A DNA stretch of 54,273 nt, counting the filler, from Dirinaria sp. TL-2023a (lineage: Eukaryota): assembly GCA_051941275.1 (NCBI GenBank). It is 3 parts of 3 records of this genome, joined end to end, with 100 filler letters (N's around TTAATTAATTAA, not from the genome) between each part and the next. Parts side by side here need not be neighbours in the genome. Positions count along the whole stretch, not along the records: positions 36,261 to 54,273 come from JAVEBF010000403.1; 2 more parts are not named here. One strand, 5' to 3'. The first letter of the stretch is position 1, and every line of letters starts with the position of its first letter. The position numbers and the translations under genes are program-made. The notes beneath the pieces are model-generated. The model saw only the letters and a list, made by a program, of their open reading frames with translations. It had not been told where the DNA came from and made no database searches. Shown here piece after piece: positions 36,261 through 48,845 of this stretch.

Positions 36261-37967
36261 GGAGAGGGTGTGGATGGTGGTGGCATGGTTGGTGCCGGTT
36301 TCTCAGTTGGAGGTACCCAGGTGATGGTGGTAGGGGCTTTTTAGTTGAGATATTGGGAGCCCTAGGCGAACCCTTCTTCGCTGACCGACTGGAGAAAGCC
36401 CGTGGCAGCTTTTGTGACATTCCCTGAAATCTCCGGGTAAAGGGTTGAGCACGTCTGGAAGATCTTATCTCGTATATCTCATATGGGGAATAATTGAGGG
36501 TCTAGTATTATGCATCACTTAGATGAGTTTATTTGATTGTAGAAGCTATTTCCTGAGCGTATTCATTCATCACTGAACGTCTGAAAGTGCTATTCACGAG
36601 ACTATCTATCCATTATGAAGCATTAGGAGGTCTGAAAAAGCAAATGTTGGTTGGTACCATGAGAAATTTTCTTGTCGCAGTGCCCAAAACTCTCTTTCCC
36701 AAGCTGAAGGATGAATGATGCACTTGGAAAAGGTATGGCTCCCGATATGACGGTGGATTTAGAGGCCTGGGAGCTTCGTACCGCAATCAGGGGATCTGCA
36801 ATTTGAACGAGCTGTGAAAGGACTACGATAGTAGAGTTGTGCAATGCCTTCATTTCTTTCAATCTGGAACTTTGTAGCATGCAGTCTACCGAGCCGATCA
36901 CTTAGTATCAACGTCTCGCTGCACGCTTCCTGTAGCGCCTTTGAGTTTGCCTGCATGATATAGGAGCGGTTTCGAACGCAGCCGTGGATTAACACCAACT
37001 CCAGCCGATGCAGATCATAGATCGATTTAGTTCGATTAAAGCCTTGAAAGTCTTTGTCCTAGGCTTGCTGATGTTGTACTTTTGCATGCCTTGCGATATA
37101 TGGTCGTAAGCATTTCCGAACCTCGACGGATCGATTCAGAGGTGATAGCGCTAGGCGAAGCGAGTGGATTTTCGTGGATTATGGGAATTGAAACATCGGA
37201 AATGAGGTTCCGGCAGAGTTTTTGGGGAAGCTATCAACTTCTATCAAACACCTGCATCTTGCCGTTTTCGAGGCGTATGGCTTAGTATAACCCGAGAGGC
37301 ATAGATATGCAACGGATGACGGAACTATGCTGATAGGAGTTGCCTGAGAAAGCAAGTGCTACGCCGATTCGTCATTGGAGTTCAGCTGGCTCAAGCTAAT
37401 ACTCCGATCGATTATATTTTGTAAGACGCGCATAGGTGCTGGCGAAGCATGAAGACCTCCCCGTCGGCGGTTCCTATTTAGGAGAGTGAGGCAACACGAG
37501 CATCAAGTGTGCTTCGTAGCCTTCGCAATCCATGATATAGAACCATGCATTCCTTGTTAGTGCACGATAAACAACCTGGACAAAATCGCACTTTCTGGGG
37601 GCACCACGCTAGGTCGTTGGCTAATATTCCCCTGGCTATCCGCACATCAGAGGGGAGGACGGGTGCTCACAGATACTTGTCACCCCTGGGGGATGGATCC
37701 GATTTGAGATGCTTGCAATCCACGCTCCATCTGCTGTTATATTGCTGCTCGAGGACCGTTACACTGCATAGAGTTTTACCTCCTGATAGGAGCATCTCGT
37801 GATCTAGAGCTCCTCAGCGTTATGGCGGGGATGAGCATCTTCGCAGCAACCGTTGGATTCATAAAGAACCGTTTTCTAGTGAAAAAAAAGTCGTTCTTCC
37901 ATATTTTATTGCTAAAATCTTGCATAGGCAGCGATAGGCGTATTAAAGTGCAGCGGGCGCAGAGACG

Positions 37968-40900
37968 ATGGTTTCCCCCAGCAAGTCTAGGCGAAAGCAT
38001 GACCCTAGAGACGACTTTGACTATCAGGATTGGCAGCCCTCAGCGTACCCAACATTCTGCATAGAATGTCCTCCAATTTCACCTGTGGCTGCCGAAAATG
38101 ATGACCCTGAAGCCAACGAACAAGGCATGAAGCGGCTTGTAACTAACATCTTCGAGAAAATGATACAAGGAACAAGAGCAAGATATCCAGATGAGCAAGA
38201 TCATCCAAATGGTGTCCTTGCACCACCTGATAGAGGTCTCTCAGTTTCAGCTAAAGGCAAGCGTGGAAGGCCGCCACGCCTCTACGACGAATCCGCAGCA
38301 AATCTATATGCTAGGTCAATTGACGAGACAACCTTGTATCGTATCATGCTGCATTGGGGAAAAAAGGATGCCGATACGCAGCACTTAGTTTTGAATGCCG
38401 ACGAGGCTTCAAAGGATCGGAAGATCGATTCGCAAAATTCTGTCATCTGGCAGCATTCAAACTTAGAAGGTATCAAACTCGATACCATGGAGCTCCTAGT
38501 CCGCGAAATGCGAAAAAGATCCTCCGGGCTGCAAGGGAGCGAGATTGGCCTGACGGGACACCTTTTGAAGAAATTGAAAACCTCGTACGAGCATGCTTTT
38601 GTGGGAGGCAGCTTTCTAACTCCCACGGCTGTTCGGTATGACATGATTGATAGTTCTCGATACGGTGTCGACAAATGTTATATATTCCTCAATTTCCCGT
38701 ACTTCACTGTCAAGAAGGCTCAGCAACGCTTTGGTTTTGATAAAGGGGACCCGAGACATCCCACACGTACAATTCTTCAGTCCCGTTACCGTCTGAATAA
38801 AACCACAGAAAAGGATAAATCGCAGTGTATCCGGATGCTCGACGCTGGCGCCCTCAAGTCCTGTATTGAAGCGCCTACAGCAGACACTACAAAATTGACC
38901 CGGAAACCGATCGACGAGCTGGTCTACGTGCCACAAATGTGGGCCTTAACCATGGGCCAAGGCCACATTGTCACGACCGGACCGATCAGTGGCCAGGCTC
39001 TGCAAGGGTCTACGATCGCGGTCAGGGAACATGTCACAGCGGATGTCTCCAATCGGTGCGTTCTGGTACGAATTTCTTTCAAGAACCGGGGTATGCACGA
39101 AGAGGTCACCTATCCGCGTGAGCAATGCGCTTCCTGGTTTAGTCTGTTGAGTAAGCATCAGCAGATTCGTAATGCGCTAAAGCCAGGTGAGGAACAAGCG
39201 GCGCCGAAAGATTACCCTCTTTATATTGGAGATTATATATTAGAGGCCCAGACTTGGGCGTCAGTGCAGCGGTCGGCAGATGGAGAAATACTGGAGCTGT
39301 GGATGGAAACTCCGAAGCAGTCCAAGACGGCAGCCAAGCATACCGAAAACGGCTCAGGTTTGGAGGAGGGGCAAGTAATCGAGACCATCGATGATCTGTG
39401 GAGCGAACCAGGACCCACGTCGCGCATAGCAACTCCCCGGTTCAAGGCATTGGATCCTGTTCCTGTTGTTCAATCATTCCTTGCATGGCGCGTCGTGGAC
39501 GATTTTAATGTGGTGAACCAACAACCGGCGCTTACCCGGACAAAACATTTCCTCAATGTGATTTATGGGTCACTGACAGCGATATGTGTCAAGAAAGAAA
39601 CCAATGTCCGGGGTCAAATTACGGTCCACAGCCGTAGCCTGGGGTCTGAGCCCAGCAATGACCAGAAAATCTGTATCTGCGGAAGCGGACGAAAAGATGC
39701 CGGTGATCTTGGCTATAACAAACTACAGCCCGAGAGCGAGTCTTGTATTGAACAGGAGTTCTTATCAGAAAGTGCTAAGCTTTTCACGTACTTTATCCCT
39801 CAGGAGTACGAAGAAGCTTCCAAGCCCGTCCAGCTGTTCTGGGGCTCTATTCGTGAACTTCGAGTAAATCTTATCCCAATTTTGGTTGAGGAGAAGAACT
39901 TACGTGGAACAGCAGCGTCGTCCCTTATACCTCTCGAGTCTCTTAAACCTGGTGGAGGAGATCAATGGTCAAGCGGAAAAACTTCATCTCGGTGTTCATT
40001 ACGAGCAAAGAACAGGTCAGCTGGGTCAATATCATGATGCTAATTCGGATAAGGCGATATTATTCGCTTCAATGGTAGATGCCCTTGGTGCTATCTTCAA
40101 CATGCTCGTGGAGGCTGTTCGCGTCGCTCGAAATGGCGATTGCAATGGGCAAATGGGAGAGCTGCGACCGGGAAACCAAATTAAGGAATATGGTAACGAT
40201 GCTTGTATGCTATTAGAGATGGCTAGAGGTCAGCTGATTGCCGCGACTATCGAACGAGCACCTGGCGAAAATCTAGGTCCTATCGTGACGCCAGCGGCAA
40301 TCCTGATCGTAACCATGGAAAGACTCGCTCGCGGGGTTTTCGGCACTGGAAGTGTAGATGTCATTAACATCTTAGAAGAATGCCTGGAAAAATTGGTATG
40401 TATCCTTTTGGCAAGACACTAGCATTCCAGAGATTGCTAAAACGATAAAAAGGCGCTTCGGGTAGAGAAGCATTCGAGCCGACGACTGCTACAAAAGCTG
40501 AACGCTTTCGAGGAAGAAGTCTCTATCGTGAATGAGGTACTCCGCCAGCAAGAAACAGTCCTTTTAAAACTCCGCAAATGCCTGGACCCGATGGGCTTCA
40601 AGAAACCCACCACAGCCCGTAAGATGAGATTCGAGGTTGAAAAGCAACGGATTGAGAGAATTTCGGGTCATATACGGGACCAATCCGTGCATTGCAAGGA
40701 GCTGCAAGAACGAGCGAAAATTCTTACGGTACAAAACGTGCAGTTAGTCGACACGCTTGCCGATGACAACAGCAGGGCTATATTCGTTTTCACGTTCATA
40801 ACCGTTGTCTTCCTGCCGCTGAGCTTCGTTGTGGGATTCTTCGGGATGAACCTTGCCGGAATTTCCAACTCCAGCACTGGAGTCTCGCATTTCTGGTATG

Positions 40901-41043
40901 TGGCATTGCCATTTACCGTGGGTGTTTTGATTCTGTGCGCCTTTTTCGTGACATGGGGAGAATCAATTTGGTTCGCTATTATTAATCTGCCGAGAATCTG
41001 GAAACGGTTATTTCTAGGGAAAGAAAAATCGAAGGAGCTGTAG
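37968..41043 (+). CDS. Large fungal protein with C-terminal CorA-like (Mg2+ transporter) two-TM domain; introns ~39864-39912 and 40396-40452
   Basis: Three long ORFs joined in frame by GT-AG introns. The C-terminus has a helical stalk, then IFVFTFITVVFLPLSFVVGFFGMN (GMN motif) and FWYVALP. The 5' end is uncertain. Confidence 0.8.
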
Positions 41044-42684
41044 GTTTTGTTTATTTTTTCACCTCATCATAAGCAAAGCGATGTAATCTTGGACCGAGCT
41101 ATGTTAAGCCCTAGCAACAATAATGGATGCTCGTTCCATGCGCTGCCTAAGGTATCGGTGTAAGGAATCATTGGTTTTGCTTTTTCGTGGTATGCGTTTG
41201 GGCTTCCCGTCTATGGTATCGATATTATGTTGTGATTTGTTTTTTTGATAATGATGCTTCATTGACAGATTGCTCCAACGTGCTTGCGTCACTCAATGTG
41301 AGCTAGTATGGTCTTACCCTCTGAGTGGCCAGAGGGAAATACCTTACCCAAGTACGTAACAATACTAGAGCGACGGTGGAACATGGTGCATTTCCTGGAT
41401 TGGAATGCTGCCTCTGCCCTTGATCAATGGCGATCTTATCCATCGGGGTAATCGTTGATGTTCTTCGCCAATTGCGCTGAAAATCACACCATCGCATAAG
41501 CCTCCTGTCGGATGATATGCGTTCGATAGGATTGTAAGATTGCTGTCATCAGTACTGTAATGTCTCTGGGCTGTTGTCTGGTCATCTACGCAGCAGAGAC
41601 TAGTAACTGTGAAGGTGCTAATCATAAGCCGACTCATCCGCGAATACATTTGTTGTTCCAGGTCTCTGGTACTCTTAAGCTCTCAGAGAAGATTACCTAA
41701 TGAAAGCCAAAGATTCCATCTCACCAAGTTCACCTAGATGAAACCCTGAGCGAGCCCTCCATCTTGATGAACCTATCTTATGACGATGTTGCCAAGCCCT
41801 GGGTAGCTTGCGTCTTCCCCCATCCCCCTGAAACGGCGAGGGATCTGAAACGGGAACAAAGCCAAGAACACCCACCTGAGCGAGCCCCTGAAATTGATGG
41901 GGAGCAGCGGACCAGCGGTGTTTCCACCGCGGTACATCACTACTACTACTGTACGTACTGCTGCTACCAATAGAACGTGGAAGCAAAAAAATCGATAAAG
42001 TAGTACAGTAGTGACTTGCATACTTCGATTATCTTTGCCCCATTTTTTTTAATCGACTGCCTTCCATTCGCGCAACACTCGCTATCTACTTGCCATCCTT
42101 GGCAAAATGGCTGGTGGAAAATAGTGGGTGGACTAACGGTAGAACAGGGAATCATCGACGCATCGTCCTACCTAATCATCTCGCCCACTGCAAGTGCGGA
42201 AACCAGGAACGGTTACCGCCAATTTTTTGGGGAAGAACGAAAATCCCCCTCTTCGAGCCGCAACTCCCACCCAACCTCAACGTCCGGCTCAACACCCTCT
42301 CAACCTCCTCCCAATCCCCGTCGCATTACTCCGTATTCTTCTTCATCCGCGATTTGCTATGCGCATGTCCTCCGAGCGCATTGAGTGCCTCTGCGCTGGT
42401 GGAGAGTGAAGGCACCGTGGACCACTCTTCACTATTTTTGGAAAACTGAGCCTCAATGACTTGGAGCTGCTTCTGCGACCAGGACTGAAGTCCCCAGATT
42501 TTGCCTTCATTCATTCATTCGTCAATCTATGCCATCAACTGCAACCAACAAGCCCGCCACCCTTTCGACCACCCACGTACTTCTTCGACCGCCACCTGCC
42601 CCGAACAGGGCCTTCGTCGCATCCCCCGAGCGGAGCCAACCTCCTCTTGCCTCCTTCCCACCTCGACCTTGAATACATATCACC

Positions 42685-45600
42685 ATGTCCTTCCTGTTTG
42701 GCAAGAAGAAGGGCCAACAACCCCCAGGACCTGGGACCGCAGCAGCGAGAGATGGGCCACACAGTGCTGGAGGGCCCAGCTTGACACCCATGCCAAATGG
42801 GCCAAGAGCAAAATCAGGAGCTTCAAGTGCGGTACAGACATCGACGCCAGGAAGTAGTGTAAATACCAGTATCAACTCGATTAATGGTGCAAAAACTCCG
42901 AGCCCGGAGCATGGGTCCCGAGCCGCAGTTGGGTCTACCGGAGTGAGTGGCGATAGGGAAGGGGACCGAGAGAGGGGTGAAGAGAGGGAGGGGCAGGTAT
43001 GTCACGATTTGCCCAGGTATCATGAATGACGAGGACGGCCAGAGAAGAGTGGCCCGTCAGGCGAAAGAGTTCGAAAGACGCTGACTCTCGCTCTCAATCT
43101 AGTACGGCCCACCCAGACCGGCCCTCAATGGTCCTCCACCTGTCCAAAACCCAGCTGCTCTATATCCGTGGTCACAGCGCAGACTTACTTTTACCTCCTC
43201 GCAACCGAACCCCTTCCCACGATACGGCGCCGCCGTCAACGCAGTAGCGTCGAAAGAGGGGGATGTATATTTGATGGGCGGCTTGGTCAATGGTACAACA
43301 GTCAAAGGTGATCTGTGGATGATCGAAGCTGGTGGAGGCAACCTGGCTTGTTATCCTGTGGGAACAACATTCGAGGGACCAGGACCTCGTGTGGGTCATG
43401 CAAGTCTACTGGTTGGCAACGCGTTTATCGTGTTCGGCGGTGACACGAAAATGGATGACCGCGATGATTTGGATGATACACTTTATCTTTTGAATACTTG
43501 TGAGTAGCATTACTTTACGTGCTGTAGTATTCGACATGGTGCTGACCGGCACAGCTACCCGCTATTGGTCACGAAGTATGCCCCCTGGACCCAAGCCGAC
43601 AGGGCGATATGGACATACTTTGAATATATTGGGATCGAGGATATACATATTTGGTGGGCAGGTCGAAGGATATTTTTTCAACGACTTGATCGCGTTCGAT
43701 CTTAATGCGCTGCAGAGTTCGAACAGCCGATGGGAGTTTCTCATCTCAAATAGCAATGAGGGAGGGCCTCCCGAAGGCCAAATACCCCCCGCAAGGACGA
43801 ATCATACCATCGTCAGCTGGAATGACAAGCTCTACTTGTGAGCATTTTCCACGGCTCTGGCAATGATTGGAAGCTAATACATCGGTAGATTCGGTGGTAC
43901 AAACGGCACTCAATGGTTCAACGACGTCTGGTCCTTCGATCCACGGCAAATGGCTTGGGCACAACTCGACTGCATTGGATACATACCCGCTCCTCGAGAA
44001 GGCCACTCTGCTGCCCTTGTTGGAGACGTCATGTACATCTTCGGAGGAAGAACAGAGGAAGGTACCGACTTAGGTGACCTCGCCGCTTTCCGCATCACCT
44101 CTAGACGCTGGTATACTTTCCAGAATATGGGCCCATCGCCGTCCCCCCGCTCTGGACACAGTATGACGGCCTATGGGAAACAGATCGTGGTTATGGCCGG
44201 AGAACCTAGCTCTGCGCCTCGAGACCCTCCCGAATTGAGCTTAGTCTATCTACTCGACACTGCGAAGATAAGGTATCCGAACGATCAGCAGATCCAGCAG
44301 ACGCCTTCCGGAGAGCGCGTGCCTGGCAATCGCAGGCCTAGCGCCGAAAGAACAGGACCTCCGCAAGCAAGAGGGCCGATGGCAAGAGAAGTGCCAGCTG
44401 CTAATGTGGATGGGCTGAGGAAGTTCAGTGGCTCACGTGAGAGTATGGCGAATCGTGAAGGTCCACCTGCCTTCAGTGGCCGCAGCCAAGACTTGAATGG
44501 CCCTCCACCGCAAGGGACATTGCCGCAAGGGCCTTCTGGAAGCTCAGTTCAAAGTCTCCCACAGGGACTTGTACAGGGACCTCCACAGGGACCTCCACAG
44601 GGCCCTCTACAAGGTCCTGGGGCTAGGTTCCCACGGGCTTCCGCAGCTCAAAACCCGCCTGGCCCGCCTCCACAGCAACAACCACCGCAGCCGAGGCCAA
44701 ATGGTGTTATCCCCCAGGCGTCTACCGCTACAGGGCCAAGAAGTCGAACACCTACACGGGATAACAGACCGTATGGCCCACCAATAGATACAGATCGGGG
44801 GAACAACTATGATAAGGAGAACGTCTCTCCAATCTCGCCAGAAACGTCCAGGAACATAATGCCGCAGAATCGCGCTATGAGCCCTGTAGTAAATGGGCGA
44901 CGTACACCGCAGCAACAAGCTCCGAAATTCTCAGGTACAGTGGCAGAGATGGAAGACCCGCAGCGGTCCATGAATGAAGCTGTCCGGTCACGATCAAGGC
45001 AAGCTGCTAATCAGGATTCTTACGAGGATCTGAGAAGCTTTCCACAACCTAGCTCCCACCAACCGCGTGCCGTCAGTCCATACGATGATCGTACAGATGA
45101 AACTCCCCCATCGAAAACACCACAGCCCCAGGAGCCTACAGAAGAAGAGCTCCGGCAGCAGCAACAGCTCGAAGAGTTGGCCAGCCAGCAGGAAGCACTG
45201 ATTTCCGAGCTTGAGAACGCCCGAAATCGTAATGCTTGGTATGCTTCTGAACTGGCCCTAGCGAAAAAGGCGGGATATCAGCACAGCAATTCTCAGATGC
45301 CGACATTGGACGAGAAGACTGCACAATCTTTCGATGACGAAGACCAGCCTTTGATAGAAGCGTTAATCGCCATGCGCTCCCAGCTCTCTGAACTTCAGGG
45401 ATCTTTAGATTCAAAAGTCGATGCTGCAGCAGAGCAAGTGGCAGCTGTGGAGCAACAGCGCGATGTCGCTATTAGGGAAGCTGCCTATGCCAGAGCTAAA
45501 CTTGCTGCTCATGGAGGCAGCACCGCTGGCACGCCACAGTCCGAAGGCACGAGCAGAGACCTCGAGAGCGATGACCGATCAAGCGATCTTGGACGAAAGT

Positions 45601-47846
45601 TGGCTGCCGCACTGGCAATACAAAATGAGCTTCGGGCTCAGATTCAAAGCATGACGGCAGATATCCAGTCGGAGAAGCAGTCCAGGGAACTCGCGGAAAG
45701 TACTGCGGACGCTGCGCATAAACGGGTTGCTGAGTTCGAGCAGTCGTATAACCCAGGCGAGCTAGAGAGCCTACGGTCACAATTGCACGAGGTTTCGAAA
45801 ACAGCTAGGGATCATGCTGCTGAAAAGTCTGAGGCGCATTCCAAGGCTGAGCTTCTTGAAGTTGACAAGAACGACCTTAGTAGCAGGCTGGATGAAGTGC
45901 TTCAAAACGCACAGGTGCACCATACCACCTTTGCGTCGCTTCATGAGGCGGTTACCGCTTCGACTGACAAAACCTCACACCTTGAGCGGAAGCTTGAGGA
46001 GGAGAGGAATCAGCGGGAAACGCTGGATCAGAAACTTCTTCAGATCAGGGCAGAGTACGAGGAACGGACTGCTGAATTGGATGCAACGACAAGGAAGCTT
46101 CGAGATGCGGAAGAACTGGCCGACAACCACGCCAACGAAGCTCGAACGCATCGTCAAGCTATGCTAACGGGCCTGGAGACGCTCAGCAACCGAAGTCCCG
46201 AAACTCGCTCAGATCCTTATGCCGATGAAAGAGTCTCGACTTTAAAGCAACAGGTTGAGACCGCACACGAATTAGTGCGTCAAAACCAGGTAGACGCGGA
46301 TTCTGCGGCGGAGAAGCTGCGTGCTGCTGAAGAGCGTATTGCTGGCCTTGAAGCTTACCAGGAACAAACCAGTCGCGAAAGCTTAGCAGCGAGGAAGCAG
46401 CTGGAAAGCACAGCTCGAGAATTGCAGATGTTGCAAGGTACCCACAACGGCGTGCTTCAAAAGCTCGAAAGTCATCAACGCGATCATAGCGCCTTGAACG
46501 TGCAGCATAGCGCACTCAAAGAGCTTCTTGAAGAGAGAGGATCTCGACGTGATACACCCGATCCGAGCCGTGTCAAGGAGCTCGAGCAACAACTTGAAGA
46601 CAGCCTGCGCGCCCACCACGAAACAAGATCCACCGCGGAGACTCGAGCGCAGGAAGCGGACCAGAGCTATAGGGAGAAGTTGGAGCAGCTTGAAGCCGAC
46701 TACCAATCAGCAGTGCACTACGTCAAGGGTACCGAAAAAATGCTTAAGCGCATGAAGGATGAACTCACAAAGTACAAGAAGCAGAATGAGGAGTTGCGTC
46801 GAGATCTTGACTCTGCATCTCGATCGCGCTCTCTCGACCCCGAAGCTGCGGCTGAATGGGAACAAGAGAGGCAGCAGCTCCGGGCTGAGATCGGAGAAAT
46901 GCAAACCAGTGTCAAGGAAACGGTGTCGCAACTCGATCGCCAGCTTGAAGACGTCAAAGGCGAGCTGTACGAAGCGCAGCAACAGCGAGATCACTTCAGG
47001 CAGCACCATGCACAAACGCAAACGCAGCTCAATTCAGTGACGACGCAGGCGCGCAATGAGCTCGAGCAGTTGAAGCACGAGAACAGCATGCTGGAGTCAA
47101 GAGCCATAGATGCGGAGCAGAAGGTCACCCGCCTACTTGATCAGGTCGGGACCTCGGTTACCAACTACCGCCGGCAATCCCAGAACCTCACTAACGGCCA
47201 CCCCAACCATGCACATTCTCGCAACCAAAGCACTGCGTCTACAACCATTGGCACCACCCGTGGCTTCAATGGAGGCCAACATTCGGCCAATAACTCCACC
47301 TCGACCAGCGACACTTTCAGCCTTGGACACCACATGAGCGGCGTGAGCGATGCGGACACCAACAACCGCAACTCGGTAGCTTTGGATTCTCTGGCGAATG
47401 AGCTTGAGACGCTCCGTAGCCACTGGGAGGGTACGCATCGAAATTATCGCACGAGCACCCATTCCGACCTGGAGCGCACGCCTACCGGAGGTGGTGGCGG
47501 TGGCGGTGAAGGGGGACTTAGTGAAGGCCTGGCGAGCTGGAGGCGGAGGCTGGATCGGGAAGAGAGAGAAAGAGCCACTGGAGCAAGCCCAACGGGTGAT
47601 AATAGCGGTCAGCGTGGCATGGGAGCGACGAGCGCAGGCCTCCGAGATGACAGCAGCAGCAGCAGCGAGCGGGGCAGTAGCCCCGTCATAGGCCAAGGCA
47701 TGCGGCCAATGCTGAAGAGCAACGAGAGCGAGGTTACCGGCTTGACCAGGGGCACCCCGGGAGCGTTTGGAGTGGATGAGAGCGAGGAGGAGGACGAAGT
47801 GTTGGACGAGAGCCGAACCGGGGGCAAGGTCCGCAATGTGGTCTGA
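42685..47846 (+). CDS. tea1: Kelch-repeat cell-polarity protein Tea1/Kel1/TeaA; introns 42997-43102, 43500-43554, 43838-43888
   Basis: MSFLFGKKK start, YPWSQR, kelch repeats (PRYGAA, PRVGHAS, GRYGHT, ARTNHT, PREGHS, PRSGHS), Pro/Gln linker and long coiled coil including RNAWYASEL and DYQSAVHYVKGTEKML. Confidence 0.92.
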
Positions 47847-48845
47847 TGGAGATGGGAGAGGTTGTTACGGAGAATCGAGCACCACGAGAGAGGCCTTTTG
47901 TGGCGCTTTCGGAGTTTGGTCTGGGCTGGTTGGGTATTTGAAAGACGAGGAGTTTGGGACTGAAGTTAGGATTTCGTGCGCTTTTTATGGTTCTCATGTC
48001 TGGTATGTAGGTATCGCTTTCTGAATAAGGAAGGCATGAGAGTTGTGTATATGGGGTTTGCTTCGGGGCCCCCCTCTACCTATCCATGATGGCTGTTGGG
48101 TTTCTAGACTTTCATTAATTCAGAGTAGTGTCATTTATGAATCGAAAGACCAGCTTCATATTATATCCATATTTTACGCCAGGATTCTGCCAAAATATTT
48201 TTCACTCAAGAATAAGAGCTTGATATCAAGGTCTGCATGACCGTTCAAGGACTGACGATCCCCCATCCGTGAACGCCTTGTCATTATCTCTGAGGCTTCG
48301 GTACGTGTAGCAGAAAGGTACTAGGTATATTCAATAACAAGATGCTCATAAAGGTAAGATTACATGTAGGGAGGTAGGTAAGGTACCTTAAGGTAAGGTA
48401 GCTCAAGGTAATAAGGTAATAGAAGGTAGTCTCACACTATGCACACCAGCGATACCGGGTCTAGCCGGGCCGGTGCAAGGCAAGTCAGGGCGACCTTCCA
48501 CTGTTATCGATAAGACAAGTGAGGCTGAATTGAAGTCCCCCGCCAACTGCTCCCCGGCTCTTTGGATGAGCAGTGATTTGGAAGTCTCGTGGTCTAGGTC
48601 TACTTGAATATTCCTGGTTCTCCTACTCAGAGCTATCTTCTAGAGTCGTAACAGAAGTACTCAGAGCTTCTCCGGTCTTTTTTTTCGGACGCGTTCTTAG
48701 AAAGCTGAGATCGCTATTCTGAGCTTGATCGCGGTTTTCTTGACTGTGATCTCACTAAACCGTCGTTTGCGCAATAGTGGGTTGCCTTTCTTGACCTCAC
48801 ACTAGAAGAAATATCTCAGCTGAATAATGTCTGTAGCCATGCGAT

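Noticed and set aside
36400..37900. Short ORFs at the start of contig 3
   Set aside because: No recognisable family. They could include an upstream exon of the CorA-like gene, but I cannot support that.
44500..44620. PPQG-coding 12-nt repeats in tea1 (also the GA repeat in kog1 at ~53118-53166 and Q/H tracts in ccr4)
   Set aside because: Ordinary low-complexity linkers in conserved proteins.
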